Assembly: GCA_036867785.1 (NCBI GenBank)
Contig: CP145416.1
Span: 1,116,001 to 1,180,000 of the forward strand
Length of the DNA: 64,000 nt
Direction: 5' to 3'
Source: Plasmodiophora brassicae
Taxonomy: Eukaryota
Position numbers and translations under genes: made by a program. A model generated the notes under the pieces. That model saw nothing but the letters and a program-made list of their open reading frames with translations, was not told the origin of the DNA and searched no databases. This document shows, piece after piece, positions 1 through 11,342 of this stretch (positions are counted from its first letter, which is position 1; each line of letters starts with the position of its first letter).

Positions 1-256
1 CGGAGATCTTGATGCCGGACTCCTTCAGGCCCGTCAGCCTTTCCTTCTGCGCAGCTTCCAGCCGCGCCAGACGATCCTTGAGCGCCGCGTTCTCGCGCTG
101 GCCGGTCCCGCTCCCGGCCGCCGCTGCTTGCAGACGTTCAACCTCCGCCTCCAGCCGATCCTGCTGCCGCTGGGCCTCGGACAGCGCAGCGCTTATCTGG
201 GCGATCACGGCCTCTGCTTGGGCCAGGTCGGCTGGGATGCTTGGGATCGTCGCCAT
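1..256 (-). CDS. 5' part of probable Gag of an LTR retrotransposon (runs off window)
   Basis: ATG at 256 opens 85 stop-free codons (MATIPSIPADLAQAEAVIAQ...LKESGIKIS), coiled-coil-like, 21 nt downstream of the LTR-like segment; absent from the ORF track because there is no stop in the window. Confidence 0.65.
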   Translation of the reverse strand, partial: MATIPSIPADLAQAEAVIAQISAALSEAQRQQDRLEAEVERLQAAAAGSGTGQRENAALKDRLARLEAAQKERLTGLKESGIKIS

Positions 257-257
257 C

Positions 258-277
258 AGAGAGTGGGACTCTTAATC
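258..277 (-). promoter_or_regulatory. Primer-binding site complementary to the tRNA-Lys(CUU) anticodon arm
   Basis: Minus strand GATTAAGAGTCCCACTCTCT directly abuts the LTR end; the plus strand reads TGGGACTCTTAATC as in eukaryotic tRNA-Lys(CUU). Confidence 0.7.
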
Positions 278-457
278 TGATTCAAGCAGTTCGAAGCGCT
301 TAGGAAAGTGAAAGTCCCCAGTGTATCTAACGTGGGGGAAGCCGACGTCCCCATGACGTCGCACACACAGTGGCACGGTCGCCACTGTGCACCAGTTGCG
401 TCACGTCGTCGTGACTCATGGGTCGGCCACTGTCGCTAGCCTTCCCATTATGAATCA
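278..457 (-). mobile_element. 180-bp 5' LTR
   Basis: Begins TGATTCA and ends TGAATCA (TG..CA, 7-bp inverted termini); followed by the PBS and ORF; its outer edge interrupts a host reading frame. Confidence 0.72.
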
Positions 458-1769
458 AGAATGAGCGTGAACTGGATGCCGCAGATCTGAAAGGTTACAT
501 ATGTTATGATTGCGTGCACAACGCCTATGCAAAGGTCAGGAAACGCCAGTCTAGGCGCTGACATCCACGTACCGATCAAAAGCGAGCACACGACTGTGCG
601 AACGACGCTCCTCTTGAGACTCTTCACTAGGTTCCTCGTATCTGCCTCAGAGAACGGTGACAAGTCCTCGATCGTGCCCATGTGTGGCTCCGTCAGCAAG
701 TAGAACAGGAACGACAGGAACGTGACAAATGCGACAATTGCATTGCTTGTACGACTGTCCAGAAAATATATCAATAAGTTCCTGAACCTCCAACAATATG
801 CTTGTCATCAACCTGACTAGCGACAACGACACGTTGAGAAACGTTGAGACATGCTGGCCGGCCCAGGCAACCAAAGCAATCGCCTAAAAGATATTGGTCC
901 AAATGATATAAAAGCTCAATATGCACCAATTCAAGATATACCTGCTCCTTTGCACGATCAGCGTCCCACGGGGGAATTTGCATGCCCCAGGATTTCGCAT
1001 AGGAGACAACGGTCTTGTAGATAGACGACGAGCCAAAGTCGGCAAGAATTTGTTTGATCTCCTCATTGCTTCCGACAAACTCTTGAATGGCTGAAACCAT
1101 AGTGTTTACCTGATTCAAATAATAGCAAATCGATATTGTGGAACGCAGAGACTATGACAGAATTACCTCATCAGCTCCATTTTTCAGAATGATTGCCAAT
1201 GGCATAACGATAAGGAATATAACCAGAACTAAGAGAAGCGATCCGACGACAGTGGCAGAATTCCCGACTAAGAAGAAGATTGCAGCCAGCAAGGTTATGG
1301 TCCAGACGATAACACTGAACAGCGACGGATCGATAGCAATGATGCCCAAGTAGATAGGCAGCAATGCTGCGATAATAAAAGGTCTGTATGGGACAATATA
1401 TGAGGTTGCCCGATGATGCAGATCCATTAGAACTGTTACGAGACAATCAGCTGCGTCTGTAGCGACAATCGCTGCAATAATGAGCTTACAATCCCGAGGC
1501 TTGGCCAGAATCATGAACCAGGTTATAGCCCAGAATAAAGCACCGAGATGTGGCCAGATAATAAGCAGATCGTAGTACAGGACCAGGCCGACAACAATAC
1601 ATATGGCCATCTGCGACAGCTGGTGGAACGTTTTCTGTACCTTCTGACGTTTAACGTCCTCCTCCGTCAGCGCTGTCGCGTTCGTCTCTCCAGACGACAT
1701 CGAATCCGCTGCCAGTCCATCGTCAAACTGCTCCAGCACCTCATCGATCACCGTCTCCGGGCCCGACAT
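458..1769 (-). CDS. TMEM245/AI-2E-like multi-pass membrane protein, 3'-truncated by the LTR
   Basis: Hydrophobic exons (IIWPHLGALFWAI; FVTFLSFLFYLL; HAIITYVTFQICGIQF) joined by GT-AG introns (e.g. about 1110-1166); the frame runs into the LTR and stops. Confidence 0.65.
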
Positions 1770-1938
1770 CGCCTATATCACCCGTCGCCGCGGGCGCTGC
1801 CAGCGTATCGTGCAGCAGCAAAACCGGGCACACACGACCCGTGTTGAAAATAGTGTCGCGGTCCAGACTCCATCACGTTCGGCAGGACGTCAAGGCAGTC
1901 CCAGGAAAGAATTTATTTTTCAGAAGGCGAAGAGGCGA

Positions 1939-2787
1939 TCAGGGGACGCTGCGAAGCGCATTGGAGGTCGGCTTCGGGGCGACGACGACGACGGGCCCGC
2001 TGGGGACAACGGCGCTGGGGCCGCCGACGCGATCATTGCCTCCGGTCAGGCTGTTGTTTCGCCCGGATTCGAGCTTGAGCCGGGTGGCGAGTTGGCTGAG
2101 AATGTAGAATTCGAATTTGATTTTGATGGAGTATACGCTGGCTTTGAGCATGACCTGGTAGTTGTACAGGTTGACGTACTCGGTGACAAGGACGGAAATG
2201 TCAAGAATTAGGACGAAAACGTTTGCTGCGATCTGCCGCATAACGAATGGTGTCGACAAGCTGTCGAACATTGTCTTTCTCGAGAAGCTGTGTATGTACA
2301 TGGCGCCGAGGATCGTCTCTTGCAGGCAGAATAACGTGACTTGAATCTTCTCGATGATGCTGTAACCAACAGTCCATGGCTCGGTCCCAATAACGTTCGA
2401 TCCGAACGTGAAGACTGTTGTCAAGAAATGCGAAAAGATGATGTTGAAAATGATAAAGTAGCGAACGTAGCGAATTTGCTTTGGGTCAATCCCGACGAGG
2501 CCCAACCGGGAGTACATGACCATGGAGAATCCGGTGACCATACAGTACCATCCGATGGTGACAATAATCAAGGGTCGATAGATGGTGCTGTTGGCAGCGT
2601 ACCATCCGTAGAACAGATCAAGATAGGAGAGGACGAACGGGATCAGACTACCGCTGGCGAGGACCAGGGACCAGAAGTACAGCCCGCTGTACTTGCTGAA
2701 TTTGGTGAAGACCAGAAGCAACGTTTCACAGCTGTTGTACAAGGCTATCGCCGACGTTGCCACGTGGAACGTCTGGGTGACATCCAT
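1939..2787 (-). CDS. Intronless ~7-TM integral membrane protein resembling an ascomycete family
   Basis: MDVTQ start; motifs SGLYFWSL, GWYCMVTGFSMVMYSRL, EKIQVTLFCLQE, YSIKIKFEFYIL; about seven hydrophobic segments. Confidence 0.75.
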   Translation of the reverse strand: MDVTQTFHVATSAIALYNSCETLLLVFTKFSKYSGLYFWSLVLASGSLIPFVLSYLDLFYGWYAANSTIYRPLIIVTIGWYCMVTGFSMVMYSRLGLVGIDPKQIRYVRYFIIFNIIFSHFLTTVFTFGSNVIGTEPWTVGYSIIEKIQVTLFCLQETILGAMYIHSFSRKTMFDSLSTPFVMRQIAANVFVLILDISVLVTEYVNLYNYQVMLKASVYSIKIKFEFYILSQLATRLKLESGRNNSLTGGNDRVGGPSAVVPSGPVVVVAPKPTSNALRSVP

Positions 2788-3009
2788 AGAACCTCGCTTT
2801 CTCTCCTGAGTTCGTAGCGACGGTGTACCGACCACGAATGCAGTGTCCAGTCAAGACTGCTGCACGTCTCTCCTTGTCACAGAAAAGTAAACCTGCGAAA
2901 GCGTTGGCAAGATGCTCGGCACTGGGATTTAGATTGTCCAGATGACATGTCCGCCCCACCCGTACCTACTCAAACAGGCTGATAACCCCCATTGAGCAAC
3001 TCGGGAGCG

Positions 3010-3160
3010 ACAGAAGTGGAGCCCGCTGAACTCGCTGACCCTGCTGAAGACGTCGAGCAACTTTCCGCAGTTGTTGTACAAGGGTGTCACCGACGTCGCC
3101 ACGCGGAACGACTCGATGACATCCATAAGACAGAGCGTTCGTTGCCTTTTACGTTCGTAA
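3010..3160 (-). pseudogene. Degenerate copy of the 5' end of the neighbouring 7-TM gene
   Basis: MDVIESFRVATSVTPLYNNCGKLLDVFSRVSEFSGLHF aligns with MDVTQTFHVATSAIALYNSCETLLLVFTKFSKYSGLYF, then similarity stops. Confidence 0.8.
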
Positions 3161-3831
3161 CTATGTTACTTCATAGTCAAGTTGAAAGGGGCGCAAGCGC
3201 CACCGGTTGGTCCACTGGTATTTTACGTACCTACGAGCCGATAATCGCTACCGAGGCTCGGAATCGCCAAGTCGAATACTTGTTCAAATGGTGCTTTCGA
3301 CCCAGAGCATCACCAAACCAAGCAGACCGGAAGCATGTTGCATCCATTCCATGAACTGAACGATCTCCGCCTAGATCAGCGGCCTTCCTCAAGACATGTC
3401 CAATAGTACCTCTGACAGGCTGACGCATGAACGCTCACCAAAGGATACTAAAACGATTGCTGTATTCAGGTTTTAGGATCAAGCATAGTAAGAGCAGTAA
3501 TCCAGCGGCTCATAAGACTCGAAAGTTACTGTCATCGACAGATCTCCAATAACCTTCTTTCTAATCATTGCCCGCCCGCGTCGTGCGTCTGTGCCAGTGC
3601 AGCCCATATCAACCTCGAAACGGCCTTTTGATGTCATCACATACCACCGGACTTGGCCCGGGCGATATCAGACCGAACATGAACCTTCACCGTAACAGTC
3701 ATTTCACTGGTCGACGCGATCTGCAGCAAGGCCCAGTGCCACGACCACCAATGACTATAACTCGACGAATCCGTCGACCGTCGTTGGTGTGCAGCCACGG
3801 AGTCCGAGGCGGACAGGCGACGTGGTTGCCG

Positions 3832-4927
3832 ATGAGCAATACCGGGCCTTTGAAGTACGGGTTGAACCTTCCCAAGAAGCGGAAAGCGGTGACGGCGCCA
3901 TTGAACGTGTTTGAGAATGCGGTCGCCGCGAACGCTAGCGCCAATGTCGCCTCTCGTGTTTCTGCAAATGGAGATCAGCAGCGCCGGAAGGTTCGGACAC
4001 CATTCCGTGGGTGTCGGCGTGATCTGACAGCTCTGTAGGCGGAGGAAGAGAAGGCAAGGTTGCTTGCAGAAGATCCGAATGTCTATGAATTCGACAGTGT
4101 CTACGACGATATGGCTGCGGCGAAGAAGGAGCGGCTCAACTCAAAGTTAACCTCTGCGTCGTCTCGCCAGGTATGTGCTTTGTGGACGTTTCAAAGTGTG
4201 CAGGTGTACTGATATTCCAGTACAGCCGAGGTACATGGAGGCATTGCAGAAACGGGCTCTGGAAAGGAAGCGAGAGCAGGAAGTCGTGTACCAGAATATT
4301 ATCAGGAAGGAACGCGTCGCAGAAGACCATTTGTATCAGTCGACGGAGGCGTTCGTGACGGCTGGATACAAAGAACAGATGATGAAGGACAATGCTTGGC
4401 AGGTCGAGCAGGACCGTATTGACGAACAGCATGCCGGTCCGACATCCCGGGGAATGGCCGGCTTCCTCTCCAATGTTCTTGCACCATCTGTCCCGTCTTC
4501 GATTAGTGCTGTCGTGGACGATCATACCCCCAAGAAACCACCGAATCGTGAGGACAAACATCATGGCAAATCGGCTCCTACTAGAGCCCAGGAGCCACCT
4601 GCTGAGAAGCCATTGTCAAGAAGAGATCGTGAACTTGCTGCTTCTCCGTCTTCGCAACGAAAGCAGGCGCCTCCACACGCTGCTGTTGCTCGGGAGCAGG
4701 CCCGCGAAGCTGAAATTGGAGCTGTATCTCCGTCTCAGGAGCAGGCTCAACAATCCGCTGCCGTTGTCCCAGAACAGTCCCGTGCAACGGAGCCTGCACC
4801 TGTACCTGCTCCTCAGGAACAGACTCGAAGAACAACATTGGATTCCGCTGCTGCTGCAAGGGAGCGATATCTCCAGCGGAAACGTGAACGCGAAGCCATC
4901 AAGGAACAAGGCGCTGGGTCGGGATAA
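3832..4927 (+). CDS. NSRP1: Nuclear speckle splicing regulator NSRP1/CCDC55-like
   Basis: KYGLNLPKK; AEDPNVYEFDSVYDDM; PRYMEAL...FVTAGYK; C-terminal AARERYLQRK; introns about 3991-4038 and 4171-4224. Confidence 0.85.
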
Positions 4928-5280
4928 ACACGTCCGTCATCGACTGACTGAAAGCTGTTTGTCCAGCTCGATGGTCTCGGTAGGCATCATCGTGCGTTTG
5001 CTTCGTCCGAGCACATAAACAACAAGAGCATGTATTATTCATACTTACATGTGTCGAATCGTCGAGAGCACATTGGCGCACAGGGTTTGAAACGAGGCCT
5101 GCAGATACTGTTTCCTCCTTTCAAGAGACACATTTTAGAGCATGAAACGAAAATGCCTACGTAGCTATGTAGGGCATCCTGTTCGAGAGATGGCATAAGT
5201 ATCGTCACTAGGGAAACGCATACGCCAGTTGCTGAATAACATTAAAAGTATTCTTTATAGATCGGTTGAAGGTTGTTCTA

Positions 5281-7076
5281 TCAGGTCATTGGTACATTCG
5301 GGCCAACCGTCGGCGTCCAGCGATGACGCAGGTAGTAGACCAGCTTTGTACAGTAGGTCGTGATGAAGTAAATGGGCAGCCCGGCAAACGTCAGGAGCAG
5401 GGCGTAGCGCGACGTTGTTGCTGTCGATGGATTCGGGTCGAACAGGCTGTATGCCACCAGGAACAGGCATGCCAGAGTAAAGGCAATGGGAGTGACTGGG
5501 TACAATGCCACCTTATAGACACGCGGCGCAGGCATCGTGAAACGCAAACGAATCAACGCAGCGCCAACAAGGGCGAAGACGATCTACCGGACGATGCGTC
5601 AGGCGAACGTAAACGAATCTGCCAGCGCCTTACGATCTGTCCGATCATGAAGTAGTTCATCACCTGATCCAGGTTGGGCACACAAATCTGCAACACGATC
5701 GCCCAGGCAGCACACGCGACAATCGAGACGAACGGGACGCCTCGCGACGATACCCGGCCAAATGGCGATGGGAACAGGTGATCGCGCGCCGCCGAATAGA
5801 AGACGCGTGTGCACCCGGCCAGTTTCGCGTTGGCGCTCCCGGCTGCACATAAAGCGATCAGGATCGACGTGACAGAGCACAGCGACGATCCGCCGATGCG
5901 GGAGAAGAACGGCGCCGCCAGGCTGGCGGTGCTCATCTCGTTCGGCTCCAGCACCGACATGAACGACACGATCACCAGAAGCCCAAGACCTGTAACGCTG
6001 CTTATCCCAGCCAGGAACACGCGAGGAACGTCGCGCGACGGATTCAGCATTTCCTCAGACAGCTATCCGAACGACGTCAACCACACGAGAAGACTGACAT
6101 TGAACCACTCTCCTACAGGTGCAAGCATCTGGAACCCTGCAAGAGCAACTGCCAAGTTAGACCTGATACAATCGCAAGAAGACATGCCGGCGTACCGTTG
6201 AACGCGAAGACTGCCTTCATGATGGCGTACACGACGAAATCCCAGTTGAGACCATCGAACAAGTTTCCCATCGACATGACGTCGGCACGAGCAGGCGTCG
6301 CCACACTGCGGTGGATGACGGCGGAGAGAAGAACGGCGCCCACCGTCAGGAACTTCACGTCTGAGGCATGATAAGAAACAGGGATATGATCCATAGGGAA
6401 TTATCGTACAGAGCAGAACGCGTTGGAGCAGAGCGGAGCTGCTCGACCCAGCCAGGTTGACGCCAGCAATGAACACGACCAGGCCAATCGACACGAGCTG
6501 GATGACAAGAGGCGTGTCCGGAACGGCCCAGGCAAGCCCGCTCACCAGGTACACGGCGCAGACACCTGTTATTGCCGCCAACGCGCCGGGTCCAATAACG
6601 ACGAAGAGCATAAACACTGACGGGGGCAATATCATGAATGTGGCGGTGATGATGTGGCCCGTCTCACCATACCGTAGCAGAAGGCAGAGACCCTACCGAA
6701 GGCAGCCTTCAGGTAGGTGGATTCGCTTCCAGCAGACACGAGTAACGTGGCCAGCTCGCTGTAGCACAGCGCCCCGGCCAGCGCTAATAGGCCGCTGATG
6801 GTCCATGCCACCAGGGTCCCGATTGGGCCAACCGATTTGTAAATGTACCCGGGACTGACGAACAGCCCGGCACCGATCAGCGATCCGATGACGAATGCGA
6901 ACCCGTCTGATGTCACCACATTGGCAAGGGCATCATCGCAAAGGAATCCAGGCCGGTTCGGTACCGAAGAACGTCAGCGTTCGCTTGAGCTGGTTGCACG
7001 CATCAGGGCCAAGATTGACCATTAGTGTCGGCTCGGCGCCTGTGCCGTCGTCCTTCACAGCGCTCCGTGACGCCAT
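5281..7076 (-). CDS. APC-superfamily (LAT-like) amino acid permease, multi-exon
   Basis: GSLIGAGLFVSPG, GALCYSELAT, NPSRDVPR, TRVFYSAARDHLFP motifs. Confidence 0.88.
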
Positions 7077-7754
7077 GTGCACGGTTTGATGCTGGTGTCC
7101 GCAATGCAAGGCGGACGTTCGTTGTTGCACCTCACGACAGAACTTGCGGACGGACGGTGCCAACGGCCGACGCTGGGTGCCCTTGTCCGTCCTGGCACTG
7201 GCGCCTGCGCCCGAAATAGATTTCCAGCACGTTCATTGATTCGCGACCCGCAGGGGCCTGTGAGCACGGCCATCGAAAGCAGTTGTGTTCCTCAAGCGAG
7301 ACGAAATCGATATCGACTCCTGCGGCACGGAGCGACATTCTGAGGATGTCAACGTGTCCTCGAAATGCAACCGTCTACTGTGGCGTGGCCTGCCACCTGC
7401 GCTGCGCATTAACGTCGATAAATACTATAGGTAGAAACGTTCAGCACCAGTCTGACGAGGAGTCGATTGCCACTGTACATTATATAGGGCCACGTGCAGT
7501 AAATTCCGCGTCCAATTCCGTTGGGAGTCGTTGGGGAACTTGGTCTTGGACCGGAAGTGCCCGTGGACCACTGAGGTGGACGGAACTGCTTTTATTTGTT
7601 TGCGTTCGCTGCGTTTCGTACGTTGTAGGTTGCAGGTTCCGGTTGGTCAACATACCAACTTAGCATCCAGCATGGCCGCAGTCCGTCATAGCAGCCGTTT
7701 GGTAGGTAGCAAATAGCAATAGGCGTCCTGCGCGAATTCGTCGGCCGACCGGCA

Positions 7755-8353
7755 ATGCTTCGAGCGATATTGCGCTGCAGACCGTCGGGCGTTATCGTTG
7801 CGCGCCGCTGCTTGGCAACGTTCGATGTCGTTGATCGCGTGATGGTGCCACGCGACCAAGTCCAGATCACGTTCGCTCGGTCGGCGGGCCCGGGCGGCCA
7901 GAACGTCAACAAGGTCAACACGAAGGTAGTGACGACTCCGGCCGGCGCCTTTTCGGTTTGATCGCGAAACCGGACGGTATCAGGTCGAGATTCGTTTCAA
8001 CGTCGAGACCGCGAAATGGCTGAGCGACGAAGCGAAGCAGCGGCTGATGAATCAGCAGGGTCATCGCATCACGAAGGCCAACGAGCTCGTTGTCACGTCC
8101 ATGGTGTCGCGGTCGCAACATCGTAACCTGGAAGACGCCATGCAGAAATTACAGTACATTGTCTCGTGTTCTGCCATCGTCCCGGATTGCCTGACCGTTT
8201 ATCGACAGAGGGTACATCGACGAGGCCCACAAGGTCGAGAAGGAATGGATCCCGACGGAAAAGCCGGTGTCTGCGAAGCTGACCCGGCTTAAAGACAAGA
8301 AGTTGCACTCAATGAAGAAAGCCGCCCGGCGCAAGCCTGATCCCGACTTCTAA
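7755..8353 (+). CDS. ICT1: Peptidyl-tRNA hydrolase ICT1/ArfB-like, probably mitochondrial
   Basis: FARSAGPGGQNVNKVNTK GGQ motif, RSQHRNLEDA, basic C-tail, Arg-rich presequence; two introns. Confidence 0.9.
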
Positions 8354-8506
8354 TATATGATGAAGGACTTCTGTACTACTACTTGCTATACCTGTGGACA
8401 TGTCCGACATTAGGGCGCAGCCTCATATAGTGCAGCCACGGGATCCGTCAACGCCGTAGCGGACTTTGCAGGGCGACCCACACCCCGATTGCCATCGCTG
8501 TGAACG

Positions 8507-9694
8507 ATGTCGCACCGTAAGTTCGAGGCACCGCGACATGGTTCGCTTGGTTTCCTGCCACGAAAGCGCTCGCGCACGATCCGCGGCCGAGTTCGCCATT
8601 TCCCGAAGGACAGTCCAGAGGCGGCCCCGCACCTAACTGCCTTCATGGCCTACAAGGCCGGCATGACGCACGTGCTCCGTGATGTCATCCGTCCCGGGTC
8701 GAAGTTGCACAAGAAGGAGGCCGTCGAGGCTGTCACCATTCTTGAGGCCCCCGCGATGGTCGTTGTCGGCCTGGTTGGGTACGTCGAGACGCCGCGTGGT
8801 CTGCGCACCCTGTCGACCGTCTGGGCGAACCACCTCAGCGACGACCTCAAACGCCGCTTCTACAAGAACTTCTACCGCTCGAAGAAGAAGGCGTTCTCGA
8901 AGTACGCTAAGCGCGTTTCGGCTGAGGATAACCAGGACGTTCAGAAGGAGCTGAACCGCATCACCAAGCTGTGCACTGTCGTTCGTGTCCTGGTGCACAC
9001 CCAGGTTCGCAAGCTGAAGCTGCGGCAGAAGAAGGCGCACCTGATGGAGGTCCAGATCAACGGTGGTGACATCGCTGCCAAGGTCAAGTTCGGCTACGAC
9101 CTGTTTGAGAAGGAGGTCCCCGTCGCGGCCGTCTTCTCCGAGGGCGAATCTGTCGACCTGATCGGTGTCTCCAAGGGTTGCGGTGTCAAGGGTGTCATCT
9201 CCCGTTGGGGTGTCACGCGTCTGCCGCGCAAGACGCACCGTGGTCTGCGTAAGGTCGCCTGTATCGGTGCCTGGCACCCGGCCCGTGTGTCGTACTCCGT
9301 CGCGCGTGCCGGTCAGAAGGGCTACCACCACCGTACCGAGGCCAACAAGAAGATCTACAAGATCGGCTGCGGCATCAAGCACGAGTCGTCCGCCAATGGC
9401 AATGCGTCGACGGAGGCGGACCCGACCGTTAAACATATTACGCCGATGGGCGGGTTCCCCCACTACGGTGAGGTCAACGAGGACTACGTCATGATCAAGG
9501 GCTGTGTCATCGGTAGCAAGAAGCGTGTCATCACGCTGCGCAAGGCCATGCACAAGTCGACGAAGCGTCGCGAGACCGAGGAGCCCGGCATCAAGTTCAT
9601 CGACACGTCCAGCAAGTTCGGTCATGGTCGGTTCCAGACTGCGGCCGAGAAGGCCGAGTTCCTTGGCCCGCTCAAGCCGCGCGACGAGGAATGA
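8507..9694 (+). CDS. RPL3: 60S ribosomal protein L3 (uL3), intronless
   Basis: [46 protein letters not shown]. Confidence 0.99.
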   Translation: MSHRKFEAPRHGSLGFLPRKRSRTIRGRVRHFPKDSPEAAPHLTAFMAYKAGMTHVLRDVIRPGSKLHKKEAVEAVTILEAPAMVVVGLVGYVETPRGLRTLSTVWANHLSDDLKRRFYKNFYRSKKKAFSKYAKRVSAEDNQDVQKELNRITKLCTVVRVLVHTQVRKLKLRQKKAHLMEVQINGGDIAAKVKFGYDLFEKEVPVAAVFSEGESVDLIGVSKGCGVKGVISRWGVTRLPRKTHRGLRKVACIGAWHPARVSYSVARAGQKGYHHRTEANKKIYKIGCGIKHESSANGNASTEADPTVKHITPMGGFPHYGEVNEDYVMIKGCVIGSKKRVITLRKAMHKSTKRRETEEPGIKFIDTSSKFGHGRFQTAAEKAEFLGPLKPRDEE

Positions 9695-9755
9695 ACCACG
9701 CCATCGTCCTCAATACAATCATCCAGTCGCTTACCTTATCATGCAGATGTGTTTA

Positions 9756-11273
9756 CTATGCGACAGCGAAGGCCTGGAGCAGGCGGATGATCCGCGGGTA
9801 CAGACGAACGTGGGCGTCAACGCCCCAGGTGAAGTCCAGATGGGCATACTCGTTAATGATCTGCCAGTCGACGACGATATCCGGTCGGATCTCACGACGA
9901 AGATAGTCGTTATCAACAATGTCGCCTAGTGTGTCCTGGTCGCCCAGGAACACGGCAACGGGGACGTTCACCTTCGAGAGATCGTAGACCGGGGGTGTGA
10001 CCTTCCCGTACCGGACCAGGTTCTCTATTGGCCCCAGGTCGACCTTTGCGAATCGCTTGTGCTTGACCATCTGGGTCCAATGGGCCATGTTCTGATAAGG
10101 GACAGTTGTCAGGACCTGCGGCTGGTATGGCGCTGGGTGCTTGTATACGCTACCTGCATCGAAGTCCCAGCTGGCGTATGCTTCGTGTACAGCTGAAGGC
10201 GGGTGCAGTTCAGGTTGTGCCCGGGCGTGCCGTTCGTGCCTTCGATCATGAATAGGAACAGGGAGCACGCGTCCTTCCCAATGATCGACGTATCGCAGAA
10301 GAATTTGGCGGTCAGCTCCCTGAGTGCAATGTCAGCGCAATCCCGATGTCCACCCACTGCGGCGAATCACCAGATTTCGCCATGCGGTGCAAAGTCGCCT
10401 GTGCCCGGCCAGCGCGCGATCTCCTCCAGGTCGAACTCGGCCAGGAAGTGCAGAAGCTTCGACCGTATGTTCCGTACTATGCAGGATTTGATCAGGCGTA
10501 CGTGGACGACACATGGCGCGTCTTACGTACCGAAGACGGCAGGACCCAGGGCGATAAACAGGTGGACCTTGTCGTTAAGCTCAGACGACTCGGAGAAGTG
10601 AGCAAAGGCAAGTGTGGCGCCTTGGCTGTGTCCAATATAGGCTAGCGATGCCTGACCCGACACATGGAGCGCTATTCGAATAGGTTACGTCATCAGCCGG
10701 GTCGAAATGCGGGCCCTGTGAGGCGGCGCGACGAACCGTGATTAACAAAGGCGGGCATATCGAATTCGGCCATCTCATCAAACGAAAACCGCCACTTGTC
10801 CTTGCTGTTGCCCAGCGGAGGGCTGAAGTTATTCCCGCGTGAATTGCTCAGCCTGGATGGACGACGTCAATGCCGGCAGAGCTTCATTAGCGACGGGGGA
10901 CCTACCATACGTCGAAGCCATTATCTGCCAGGATATAGGCCAACGATTGTTCCCGTTCGTTAAGCAGGAACGCAGCAGCTGAATCCAATAGCCCATGCTG
11001 CAGAAGAACGACCGGTCTTGGGCCTAGCGAAGGCCCTCGGCGGCCATGCGGAATCCGGAACATGTTCAACAGAAACCTTGCGGAACGTTAGGCTTCGGTG
11101 GACATAATAAAGATGTCCGATGCTGCTGACCCGTCGCGCGCGACAACCTCATGGGTCTCGCACGGGTACCCATTATACGCAACCAGCTGCGGCACCGTCA
11201 GCGAGCACTCTGGGATATCGGCCGACGCGAATAACGCCAGCACGGCAACGACGACACCGCCGGAACGCAACAT
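9756..11273 (-). CDS. Secreted acid lipase (lysosomal/gastric lipase family), multi-exon
   Basis: Signal peptide MLRSGGVVVAVLALFASA; GYPCETHEVVARDG; LQHGLLDS; NSRGNNFS; PPVYDLSKV; YAHLDFTWG. Confidence 0.9.
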
Positions 11274-11342
11274 GCGCCGATCGGCAAGCGGACCAACGAC
11301 GACGCGCACCTGGTGGAACTCCCCGCCAGACCAGGCGACGGT

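Noticed and set aside
258-277. tRNA-Lys gene
   Set aside because: Only the anticodon-arm match exists, with no acceptor stem or T-arm; better explained as a PBS
8357-8420. Box C/D snoRNA upstream of RPL3 (ATGATGA)
   Set aside because: No CTGA box D or terminal stem at a suitable distance; lies in the ICT1 3' region
8633-9625. Long antisense ORFs (also 31864-33093, 38557-39666, 40321-41901)
   Set aside because: Shadows of GC3-biased genes on the opposite strand
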